Positions 38,145-49,922 of a stretch of DNA of 64,000 bases are shown piece by piece (the first letter of the stretch is position 1; the number at the start of each line of letters is the position of its first letter). The stretch comes from Rhizophagus irregularis (taxonomy: Eukaryota): the NCBI RefSeq assembly GCF_026210795.1, contig NC_089434.1, positions 5,084,001-5,148,000 of the forward strand, in the 5' to 3' direction. The translations under genes were made by a program, and so were the position numbers. The notes under the pieces are model-generated. The model ran no database searches and was not told where the DNA came from. It was given only the letters and a program-made list of their open reading frames with translations.

Positions 38145-41100
38145 TTATATGGCTGTATAGTAAAATATATTATGCATATAATACATATTATTTTGAAAAT
38201 GTTGTCCGTCTATACAGCTTGTCTTACAACAATGAACAAAATGAACATTAGGTTGGTGATCGATCCATTTTATTGCATAAATACGTCTCCATGTATAATC
38301 TGATTGCCACTGTAATCTATATAAAGGACACTTTAATTTTTAATCATTAGTATTTTGAGAAATAAACCAATCTAAGAAAAGAAATGGTACTTGAAGTTGT
38401 CCTTTTTGATGTAAAATTATTGCTTTAATTCGTGCATAAGATACTCTTGTAACCATATCAGTAGCATTTTGAGATATATTTCCAAGTGGTGTAATATCTT
38501 CTAATACATCTACAACATCTCCTACATTTAATTTTACGTTAACTTGCTCATCTTTATCTACAATTGTATAGGAATACTTTTATAGTATTTAACTTTACGA
38601 GATGTTAGATGTTCTATATTATTTAAATCCTCTTCGTAAGCTCGTCCCAACTCTGCAAATAAATCATCATTTAGAAAGGTTTCAAGATCATCTTTCTTTA
38701 AATCACATTTTTTAAGTGGTGATTGAACACATAAATTAATATAATTTTCGGTCATACAAGTTAAAGATGAATCTGTAAATTAAAGTAAATAAATATTAAA
38801 ATATTTAAAATGATGTATAATAAAGATTACTTACCACTTTCTAAATCAAATTGTAATGGTGAAATATACCAATTATCTAAAAAGTTTCGTACACATTGAT
38901 CTTTTAGTAATTCTTTAAAATTAAATTGAGTTGTATTATTATATCTTGAATCAACTCCCCCATCCAATAAGTATCGAAGAGTTTGTAATAAATTGTGATA
39001 ATGGAAAAAGTCGAATTCAATGTTTTTTTTGTTAGAATGCGGGATTACAGACTTAAAAATACGGTGTACCATTTCTTTAGTAGCTACTGCCATATTTACA
39101 AGAGGTCCAAAATTTTGAATGTGTATATTAAAGTGACGAATTATGTGAAAATTAGGAAGTCGTGAAATGGAAGGAAAAATCTAATACCATAAGATTGCTT
39201 GTGATAATGTACAAAACTATGATTTGCAAAGGTAATGACAAAAAAAATCATACCTTTAAGATTAAATCCGCCCACTGAATGATAAGATCATTTAAATTCT
39301 TAATTTCTGCTTCAGAATATGTTTTTTTAAATACTAAAGCAACTAGTTTAGCAAATAAAATCCAGAGATAACATAACTTATCAACTACCTGGTTTCTTCG
39401 CAAATTGTATGATATTGAAATATAGTTAACAAAATTATCTTTTAATAAATTAACATTGATTGCACGGTTAATTAAAAATGGCATTATCATTGTTAAACGA
39501 AGGTAATCTGAGAAAAAATAAGAATTGAGATGAGTTATAGGACTTTGTTGACGTGACCATGTACTTGGAAATTCAAAACATTTCCAAATAGTTAAAAATA
39601 ACTCTTCTCCTTTAGTCGTTAAAATTGAGAATGTTTCTTGTAACATATTACTGGCTAAGCCTCCCATACAGTGGAATACGTCATGAGGGTAAGGTTGCTT
39701 GTCTAAACCTCTTCAAAATCCTACGATTAGTTTCGTCAAAATTTTACTATAGATTTATTATAGTTTCGGCAGAGTTTCGGCAGTTTCGGCATTTATAATA
39801 AGTTTTGGCAGTTTCGCCTTTCTCCAAAGTTTCGCCAGTTTTTTAATATAACTTTAATATAGTTTCGGCAGAATTTCGCTTTTCGGCGAAACGCCATCTT
39901 GCCTAAACCCCTAGGTTTCAGCAAGCAACCTTACATGAGGGCATTGTAAATGTCGATCACGAGTCACATTATCAAAAATTGAAGGTTTATTTCGAATTCC
40001 ATATTGTTGTGATAGGAATTCTTTTTCACCATGAGTTTGAGCATTATCCAACTCAACAAATTGTAAAGAAGTCTTGTGATGGTAACGTTCTCCCATTGCA
40101 AGATCAAAAGACATATTATTTAATTCATCATGATGGATAGTACAAGTACGACAGCCATGGTTAGCATTATGATTCTTAATTCCAGCTTGTTCATTTCCTT
40201 CAGGTAAGTCTGATGTAATATTTCCCAATCCACCAGTTATCCAAATACGCTTATTATCTAAATCCATTTCAAATCCATTTTCAAGTTCTTTTATATCTTC
40301 AATTATAGGTTTCAAAACATCATTACAATTTGCACCAAAAGGAATAAATCCTAAAAGAAAATGATTTTTAAGTTTCTGACGCATAACTTGTGTCATATTT
40401 CCAATTTGTAAATAGATTCCTCCTATTGCATGATATGCATTACGAAATGGTCCAAATTTATCAATGTAAATATCAAGAAAAAATTTAAAAACAGGTAATT
40501 CATCTGAAATTTTTCGTATTGGAGTATATTCAATTGGATGTTTGTGACGAAGATCAACTGATCGTGTATTCCATTTATTATTACTCTTATAGACAATTTC
40601 ATTAATACAATAATCATAATTGTCAGGTTTTTTCGTATCCATAAGCCATACATTGATTTTAGATTCAATCCAATTGAGTTCAATCATTTCATTCTCATCA
40701 GTCATCCAAAGTTTTTGTGTATTATTAATTTGATTTTTTCTTTGACGAGATTTCAGAAGATTTGGTAATGAATTAAAATCAAGTATTCTTTCTGCTTTTA
40801 TTAAAAAACATTTAGTTTTGTCACAAATAACAAAACCAATAATTCGTCCATAGTTAATAGAAGTATTGGAGTTTCTATCATAATATGTAATAAAGTCTCC
40901 AAGGTTATACATAACTATAAAATAGATAGTTTATAAATAAATAAAATAAGTTTTAGACAATTATAATGTTGTAATAATCAAAGTATATTTACCATTATTT
41001 ATATAGATGTATGTAATGCCAAATAATGGTGATTTATGCCAAATATTACCATGCCATAGTTCTTGTCTAATTTCGGAATAAATACCTGAACCAAAATACA

Positions 41101-41924
41101 TTTGATCACGTAATGATGGATTTAGCATTATACGTTGTAAAATTCTTTTTAATTGAAATACAAATGCTTGACGAGTTGGTTTTGATGTTGAAGGAGTATC
41201 ACGATCATTAAGTTCAACATCATAACCATTAAATGGAATTAATGGTAAACTATCCCAGTATTTTTTAATTGTGGTAATAGAGTATGGAACATCACTGATA
41301 TTAAAATCTGGATGTTTGATAATATTTGAAAAATCCCGATATGCCTCGCAACCTAGTATTTATTAAAATAAAGTTATATTATTGTAAATCTTATCTAAAT
41401 TTGTTTTAAATATACAAATATACTATACCTATTTGGTGTTTTGTGATCCACATAAATAATAAAAAATGTGTAAAATTAGAAAAATAAGGTTCTGCCTTTC
41501 CGGAAAAATTGTGTATTTTATTACTATTGTCATATTGTTTAGTTTCACTATCTACTGTTTGATCTTCATATTCATTTTCTTCATTCACAAAATTACTATC
41601 ATTATATTCCATTTCATCGTCAGATAACAAATTTGAAATATCAATTTGCCAGTTATCATTTGGTATCAAATTTTGCGTTAAAGAATCTAAATTACTATTA
41701 CTATTTAAATTTTCTGTTGATAAAATTGATAGTGTATCACTATTAACAATTTGTTCCTCTTCATTAGCAGAAATTTCCTTTTCATTTTCACTCTCACTTT
41801 TATTTATGTTATTGTTTTCTTTTACTTGTTCAACATGTTTTTGTTTTTGTTTACGTAGACGAAATGAAATATTCTGATTCTGTCGTCGCTGACTTAAGCC
41901 TGCTTTGCGTTTTCTAAGAAACAT
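38145..41924 (-). pseudogene. CMC/EnSpm (Plavaka-like) DDE transposase with BAH-like regions, 5 exons, disrupted
   Basis: Exons 41924-41429, 41352-40993, 40914-39254 (MITE inside), 39180-38835 and 38772-38145 splice in frame. Motifs ELWHGNIW..SPLFG, LDIYIDKFG, ITSDLPEGN..AG.K.HNANHGCRTC, PHDVFH, LPNFHIIRH...FGPLVN...KEMVHR. Disrupted by a MITE, a 1-bp frameshift near 38570 and a TAA near 38340. Confidence 0.85.
39690..39933. mobile_element. 244-bp hAT-type MITE inserted in the transposase exon
   Basis: TIR taaggttgcttg / caagcaacctta; exact 8-bp TSD catgaggg; internal gtttcggc repeats; removal restores HLQCPHDVFHCMGG. Confidence 0.93.
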
Positions 41925-42083
41925 TTGATAACTTTAGATTTTAAAAATGGATAATTATTATTTTTTAATGTAAATTTTTTTTTATATTTTTTAAAAGTTT
42001 CTTTTTTTTAAAAAAAAAGCTTATATAAAATCTATTCACACGAAATTTTTTTTTTTTAAAAAAAAAAGCTTATATAAAATCTA

Positions 42084-43691
42084 GACTATTTCTATTTCGT
42101 ACACTACGTGCGCGAACAACACGGGTCACATGATTAGCGTTTCGATCCGGCAGAAACCGTCATCCGGATAAATTAAAAAAAATATCCGGTTTCTATCCGG
42201 ATTATCCGACTCGGATAAAAATCCGGATATATCCGGGTAGAAACCGAAATCCGGATAAAATTATATAAATTTTTTTTACTGTAGATCATTTTTATTTTTA
42301 ATAAATAAAATTCGTGGCATTCATTTAATTTAATGTGGCATTTAATTAACTACTAAATTCGTGGCATTTATTAAATTTATGACAATTAAATTTCGTGGGA
42401 TTGATATAAAAATTTATTTATAGCATTTATTTTTTTATTTATAAATTTAAGTACAGTTAGTTAATGTAGTCCTAAGCCCTAACCAAAATAAATAAATACT
42501 GTAATCATTTTCTTGGATTTTTTTGTAATTTCACTTGAAACATATTTTTGAATAGTGGAAAATAATTCATAAAATTATGGAAAACAGTAACGTTCAAGAT
42601 TATATTACTCTAAGTGAAAATGAAGAGTCCAGTGATGAAGTTACAGAAATTGCTCTAATACTAAAAAGAGGATGACCTAAAAAATTATCTAGGACACTTG
42701 GAAAATAAAGGATGATAAGTGCTAGTAAAATAAGTTAACTGTACTTGAATTAACAAGTCAAATATCAAATAATCCAAATCCCTTTAAACTAACTACTACA
42801 ATGACTAAACCACAAACAAAAGTGAGTTGGGTATGGGAATATTTTGTTAGAAAACAAAGTGAAAATGGAGAAATACGTGCATATTGTCAGTTTATATCAG
42901 ATAATGGAGAAAATGTACGAAAAGTTATAAATATGATGGATGCTGATTGTTAAACGTAGGAATAACGCACACTAGAACACATTATATCTGAAAACAAATC
43001 AATAATAAATGCCGCGAATTTAATATATTAAATTCAAATTATGCGACAAATCTTGTGACATAACTTAAAATTTTTCCTTGTGGTTAACGAATAATTAAAA
43101 CAATAAAAAAAAATATTTAAAGTAATCATATATAATATTTTAACTCATCTGAAAATATATGAAATGTTATGATTTAAATTTTTTTAAAATTTTTTTTTAT
43201 TTTTTATCCGATTCCGGGTCAATCCGACCATTTTTTATCCGGATATTTATCCGGGTAAAAACCGTAATTATCCGGATACCTAAAAAAAAAAATTATCCGG
43301 GTTTATCCGGTTGAACCCGGCAACGGATCGAAACACTACACATGATTATTATCATTTTCGGTGATCTGCATAAAAAATTTCCTATTTTGGAAATTTGTGT
43401 AACGAATTTTCATTTTTACGGAGAAACAAAATTGCCTTTTTTTGGGTTGTGTAACGTTACTCTAATATCCAAAATTGGAAATTATGGTAATTTTTGGCTG
43501 GAATTATAAAATTTGGCTGAAATTAGTAGACGTGACATATAATATGTGACAAATAAGGTTTTTCCTACTGAAAAAATTCTAAGTCCCTAGAATAAATAGT
43601 AAAAATGGAAAACTATAGGGGTGTGACATGGGTGACAAATTATTGTCACGTGATCCGTGTTTCGTACACTAGTGTATATTAAGAAATTATC
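42084..43691. mobile_element. Non-autonomous MULE-like TIR element (G)
   Basis: 9-bp TSD taaaatcta (42075-42083, 43692-43700); imperfect ~50-bp TIRs beginning GA (gactatttctatttcgtacactacgtgcgcgaacaacacgggtcacatga vs gataatttcttaatatacactagtgtacgaaacacggatcacgtga). Confidence 0.75.
42135..43338 (+). mobile_element. Internally deleted hAT element (F) nested in G, with BED zinc-finger remnant
   Basis: TIR tagcgtttcgatccg / cggatcgaaacacta; 8-bp TSD cacatgat; many atccgg subterminal repeats; remnant ORF from 42577 (KRG*PKK) and SWVWEYF...RAYC (~42825-42890). Confidence 0.9.
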
Positions 43692-44074
43692 TAAAATCTA
43701 TTCACACGAAATTTTTTTTTAAAAAAAAAAGCTTATATAAAATCTATTCACACGAAATTTTTTTTTTAAAAAAAAAAGCTTATATAAAATCTATTCACGC
43801 GAAATTTTTTTTTAAAAAAAAAAGTTTATATAAAATCTATTCCCAAGTTTATTTTATTAATTGATTATAATTATTAATAATCAATTTGAGACTATACTAT
43901 AATAATTATAGTCAATTCAAAATTACCTAATTATTACATACTTTTTATACTTTTCAATAAAAAAGTTTAATTTATCAGCTATACCAAACCAATTAAGTCT
44001 TAAAATTGTATAAAAGGATATAAAATCCATTTCAAAAAAAAAAATTAAATAAAATTTTCTTTTAATATTTAAAT

Positions 44075-45950
44075 ATGGGTAGGGGTAGAGGTAGAGGTAG
44101 ACCAAAGGGAAAAACTAATACACGACGCAATATTAGTGCAAAAAATAAAATTAAAACTAGACAAATTAATTTCGATAAAGATGTAGAATCTGATTCAAGT
44201 AAGATAATACTTATTTAATTAAAAATTTACACTATGAAAAAATTGACTATATACTAATTACCATTGTTAAATAATAAAAGATAATGATAATATTCAAAAA
44301 CATCATAATAAGCGAACTAAAGTTGATCATGAAGGTATAGTATATGATATTAACAGTTTAGATTTTATATTTAGTTACGATTTGAATTAACTATATTAAT
44401 TATTATGATATTTTTTGGATGAAAATAAAGATGTTATTAATATAGAAGAACTTGATTCTGATAATGAAAGTGATGGCAGGAATAAATTCGTTTTATCTAT
44501 TCCTGATGATATATTACAAGAAATTTCCGTTAATGATCAACAAAAGACTTCTTTATCGGATAATATATCTGCAAATATGGTTCAAGCATCTGATTTACAA
44601 CAATCAGCTAATATATCTACAGATACGACTCAAATATCTGATTTACAACCACCAGTTAATAACCAAACTTCATCATCAGTCAATACATCATCTGTTACAA
44701 CTGATTCATTAACTGCAACAATAACTCAACAACCTAATAATATAACTATATTGGTTTCTGCTTTTATGCAAATGATAACTGCTGTATCTTCATCAAACAA
44801 TTTAGCAGCTTTTACAACTCCTAGTGTAAATCCATCTAATAATCAAATAATAAATCAAGATACTACGATAATTACTAAACCATCTTCTCAAGTAAATGAT
44901 GTAAGTTCACTTTACATTTTATTATAGTTCCTTTTATATACAGTATATACATAAAATGATTATTTCTACTAATATATTTTTTATTGTTTAAAGAATCTTC
45001 TAGTTAATCTCTTTATTGACGAATGTAAAACACTTTTTATACGAATTCGGAAACCAACACCACAATTAATTTTTGCATTAGCCCGAAATTGTGCTAATCA
45101 TCTCAGTATAACTTTGAATGCCTCAGATGCAAAAAGTAAAGGTCGAAGTTGGTTTGCAACTTGGAGAACACGTCTTTATGATGATTGTTTAATGATTGCA
45201 TTTGATTTTATGGATCGTTCACTGGTAAAAAAATGGTTTATCCTACACATATCCTACACATATCTTACATATATCGGGTACTCAAAATGTAGAAAATCAT
45301 ACACAAATAATACACATATTATATACATATCAGGTACTTATATATATAGTATACCTATCAGGTACCTGATATATGTATGATATATATATTAGTACCCGAT
45401 ATGTGTATGATATGTGTATTATTTGTGTATGATTTTCTACATTTTGAGTACCCAATATGTGTAAGATATGTGTAGGATAAATCATTTTTTTACCAGTGGT
45501 TATAAGTATGTATTAGTTATACTACACATTATTGATTATTATTTAATTTTTATTTGTCATGCATATTTTAGTTGCACTTTGGATAAACTACCTAGCGAAA
45601 CACACATAAAGAACTTTATTTCAAGTGATGATGTAATTAATGTATTTCAATCTCAAATAATAAAGGTCAAAAAAGTTGAACTTGTAAATGATCATACATC
45701 ATGGTCATTGCTTAAAAATTTCATTTCAAATGTTGTTTTTATAATGGTTAAACATTATGTCAAACTTAATGTCAATTGTACAGAGTACTATGATGATGAA
45801 ATTACTAGTGATAAATGAACTGATTGGTGACGTACTATTCTTGCAGATTTGCACGAATTGAATCGGCAAACAGTTGATGTAAATGTTACATGCGAGGGTG
45901 GAACAACATTTGCAAAAGAAATAGATATTAGAACCTTTATGAATTGGTAA
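44075..45950 (+). pseudogene. Second (accessory) gene of the CMC element: N-terminal AT-hook-like GRGRPKG, S/T/N/Q-rich linker, globular C-terminal region
   Basis: Exons 44075-44198, 44281-44334, ~44419/44431-44900, 44994-45505 (MITE inside) and 45572-45950 join in frame. Interrupted by a MITE, two in-frame TGA near 45816/45828 and a TGG at the expected acceptor (~44417). Confidence 0.7.
45220..45498. mobile_element. 279-bp CACTG-type (CMC) palindromic MITE
   Basis: TIR cactggtaaaaaaatggtttatcctacacatatc / gatatgtgtaggataaatcatttttttaccagtg; 3-bp TSD gtt; atcgggtac repeats shared with element H. Confidence 0.92.
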
Positions 45951-46099
45951 AAATAATAATATAATGAATGTAGTTTAATGTTGCTAGAGTACTAGTTATA
46001 AATGTAATAATAAATGTAATTACTACTAGGTAAAATTATAAAACTAGTATTATTTCAAATTAAGTATGATACAATTACAAAATATTTCATTTAGTTTTT

Positions 46100-46500
46100 T
46101 AAATAATATTTGTAATATTTTTCAAAGTAATATTAAATTTATTACAAAATAAAATCAATATGAAAAATATATTACAGAATAATTTCATATTATTTACATT
46201 TCAGTTATTTTATTGAATAATATTTGTAATATATTTCAAAATAATATTAAAATAAAATCAGTATATAAAATATATTACAGAATTATTTCGTATCATTACA
46301 TTTCAGTTATTTTATTGAATAATATCTGTAAAATTTTTCAAAATAATATTAAAATAAAATCAGTATATAAAATATATTACAGAATTATTTCATATCATTA
46401 CATTTCAGTTATTTTATTGAATAATATCTGTAAAATTTTTCAAAATAATATTAAATTTATTACAAAATAAAATCAAATATTACAAAATAATTTCAATATA
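46100..46500. repeat. ~101-bp AT-rich tandem repeat (subterminal region of the CMC element)
   Basis: ttacatttcagttattttattgaataatat(t/c)tgtaa...attacagaat repeated ~3.5 times. Confidence 0.8.
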
Positions 46501-46633
46501 ACAGAAGTATTTCAAAATAATTATAAAATCAATTCAGAAAAATGTATATTTTTAGCAAAGTATTTTAAAAACTTCAGAAATTTTAATAGTAAAAATAAAT
46601 TATCTAATTATAATTTGGCAATTTCTATTTGTA

Positions 46634-46866
46634 CATGGGGTGTTTAAACATGGGTCATATTAGTATATTAAAAACGGCATTCAAAACCTTCTTTAATGCT
46701 TTAAGTAAACTTGCAGAGCAGGTGAAAATACATATATTTATCTGTAATATAATAAGAATAAAAAGTAAAAGAGTATAATGTCAGTAGCATTCAATTTCAA
46801 ATTAAAAAACAAAAAATTAGTTTATTAAAAATTATATTTATATGACCCGTGTACAAACACCCCGTG
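46634..46866. mobile_element. Tc1/mariner-type MITE
   Basis: TA|catggggtgtttaaacatgggtcatat ... atatgacccgtgtacaaacaccccgtg|TA. Confidence 0.8.
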
Positions 46867-49021
46867 TAAACTTTGAAATTTTCTTATAATTTATATAATT
46901 TAGAAAATTTATTTGAAAAACAAAAATAATAATGATACAAAATAAAATTGCATAATTAATTAGAAATGTATTAAATATATATTCAATAAATAATATTTAA
47001 CAAATTAATTTAAAAATTTACTATAATATACAGTTAAAAAATAATATAAATAATATTAATAGTACAGTAGAAAATTTAATAAAACTATTAATAAAGCTGT
47101 AAAAATAAAAGATTTCTTAATATTATTATAGAGATAATTAAGATTTAAAAGATTGAATTAAAGATTTTAATGTAATATTTGCAGCAAATAGTTAATAAAA
47201 TAATATAAAGTTAATTAAATAAAAATATATTTAAAAGAAAAAACATTTAACTAATACAATTAAAAAAATATAGCAAAACTTTTAATTAATAAAATACTAC
47301 TTATAATAATCTTTTAATTGTAAAATTAAGTAAATAATACAAAAAAAATTAATGGATTAGTTATATATTATAATAAGATTTAGAAATTACTTAAAAAAGT
47401 AATTCAATTTGAAATAATTTTTAATATTATTTTAAATTATATAAAAATATATCCTTTATAAATGTATATTTATATTTGATTTTAAGGGTTAAAGAAAATT
47501 AATTATATTAATAATATAATAAAATAATTATATAACAGATAATAGTTTAATAATTAATAGTAAGTTTGGTAAAACAAAATTGAATTGTATCATTTAAATA
47601 GCCTATTATAAAAAGCAAATAATATTTTAAAAAATTAGTGATTTTTATAAAGTAATTCTAAAAAATATAACTATATAATTTTGTTTGATTTTAAACAACT
47701 TTTATAATATAATAAAATTATATGATAAGCTAAATACTGGTAAAATTATTTGAGTAATATCTTATATAAAATAAAACTAAACATAAGTAAAAAAAAGAAT
47801 TTTAATAAAAAAATATATGACAAATTTTATCTAAAATAAGTAAAATCTAATTAAATTTATAGTATACAATACTTTAAATCTTAATTTTAGTTATTAAAAA
47901 ATAATTTAGGTTTGTTTTACAAAGAAATATTTTGCAAACTAAAAAAAATCTTTTTATAGAGAAATTTTTACATAAATTAATTTATTTAAAATCTAATTGA
48001 ATTTATAATACATAATTCTTAAAATCTTATCTTCAGTTATTAAAATTTAAAAAATAATTTGGATTTTATAAAGATACATTAGAATTTGAAAATTTATTAA
48101 TTATTATTTATTATATTTGTTTCTATAATATTGATTTTAATATTCTTTAATATATAAAATCATTTTCTTAATAATTTATATCATTTTTTTTTTTGAATTT
48201 TAATTGTATTTTGCTTTTTAGATAGGTATTTTGCAAGTTAAGAAGGAACTTTTTATAGTAATTTTTACATAAATTAGGTAGTTGAATTCATAATAAGTTT
48301 GGAAAATCCTTATTACAGTAATTTATCTTTAGAATTTTTAAATTTTTTATATTTTAACAAATACAGTAAATTTTAATAATATTTGTATATTTAAATTAAT
48401 TTTAAGAAATATAGATTTGAATTAACATTTAGATATATTAATCTTTAGTAATATACAAATAAAAAGATTTTAAATTTTAAATTTACTAAATACTAATTTA
48501 ATAGAATTTATTAAAAGTAAAATATACTGATAATAATTCATTAATATATTATAATATATACCTTTAAATTTAAGGGATGGTCAATTAGTTAATAGATGTG
48601 TATAATTAATAAAAATGAAATGCCATATTCTTTTAAAATAAAGTCTATAGGTAAAAAACTAATACTTTACAACTTTGAGAATATAAAAATATAGGTTTTT
48701 GCATAATGCAATTTTCAAGTAAAATAAAAAATAAAATTTGTATGACGAAGATTGACAAATTTGCTGCATTGTGAACTTTTATATAAAAACTACACATCAA
48801 ATTCGTGAACTTTTTATTATGACAGATTATACATATTTTCCATTAATTAACAAACATATAACTAGAGCTTCACAACCTGACCTGACAGATCGGATGACCC
48901 GACGGGTTAACCTAATATATTCAGGTCAGGTCATTAAATTCATTTGACTTGATACGGTCGATCATGCATACGCGTACTTGATCTGACCCATTAATCTGAC
49001 ATATATTTGGATCAAATAAAT

Positions 49022-49545
49022 TAAAAACACTGAAACTAATAGTTCCGGCATTTTTACATGTAAAATTAAAAGGAAAAATGCCAAAACTAATGATTCTGGT
49101 ATTTTTACATGTAAATACAAAAAAAATGCCAAAACTAATAGTTTCGGCATTTTTACATATAAAATTAAAATGAAAAATGCCAGAACTAATGATTCCAGTG
49201 TTTTTACATGTAAAATCAAAATGAAAAATGCTGGAACTAATGATTCTGGCATTTTTACATGTAAAATTAAAAAAAAATGCCGAAACTATCAGTTATATGT
49301 AAAATCGATATGAAAAACGCCAGAACTAATGATTCCAGTGTTTTTACATGTAAAATTGAAAAAAAATGCCAAAACTAATAGTTTTGGCATTTTTACATGT
49401 AAAATCAAAATGAAAAATGCCAGAACTAATGATTTTGGCATTTTTGCATCTAAGATTGAAAAAAAAATGCTGAAACAAATAGTTTTGGTATTTTTATATA
49501 TAAAAACAAAAGTAAAATGCCAGAACCTAACATTTTTTCAATAAA
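49022..49545. repeat. ~48-50-bp tandem repeat, about 10 copies, inside J
   Basis: aaaatgcc(a/g)(g/a)aactaat(g/a)(a/g)ttc..g(c/t)atttttacatgtaaaat repeated. Confidence 0.9.
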
Positions 49546-49570
49546 AATTAAAAAAAATCTTTTTTTTAAT

Positions 49571-49922
49571 CCCTATAAAAAAAAATTTTACTTAAAATAT
49601 ATTTAAAATATATTTAATTTTCTTTAAAATATACTTAATTTTCTTATTTTATACTTAAAATATACTGAAAATTGAATTTTCGCAAAATTTGAATTAAATT
49701 GTATTTAATATATACTTAAAATATATTTAATTTACATTTAAATTTTGCTCATTTTAGTATATTTTAAGGATATTTTAAATAAGAATATTTTAAATATATT
49801 ATTATATACTTAAATTATACTTAAATAATATTTAATTTTTGCCTATTTCAGTATATTTTAAGTATAAAATAAAATTTTAAGTTTATTTTAAGTATATTTT
49901 AGCAAAAATATTTTTTATAGGG
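49571..49922. mobile_element. AT-rich MITE (K) nested in J
   Basis: TIR ccctataaaaaa / ttttttataggg; 3-bp TSD aat; tatacttaaaatata subterminal repeats in both orientations. Confidence 0.75.

Larger units (their letters stand above)
41998..43845. repeat. ~46-bp tandem repeat (T-run/A-run + gcttatataaaatctattcacacgaaa) split by element G
   Basis: Two copies at ~41998-42083 and about 3.5 copies at 43692-43845. Confidence 0.75.
37824..46564. mobile_element. ~8.7-kb CMC/EnSpm (Plavaka-like) DNA transposon with two divergent genes
   Basis: 18-bp inverted ends aatactttgctaaaaata / tatttttagcaaagtatt, inverted subterminal repeats (gaaattattttgtaat left, attacaaaataatttc right), and an enclosed transposase and second gene. 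TSD not resolved. Confidence 0.7.

Noticed and set aside
40423..40683. Overlapping alternative-frame ORF within the transposase
   Set aside because: Shadow frame of the real transposase exon.
48962..49544. Repetitive ORFs on both strands
   Set aside because: Produced by the ~49-bp tandem array inside element J.
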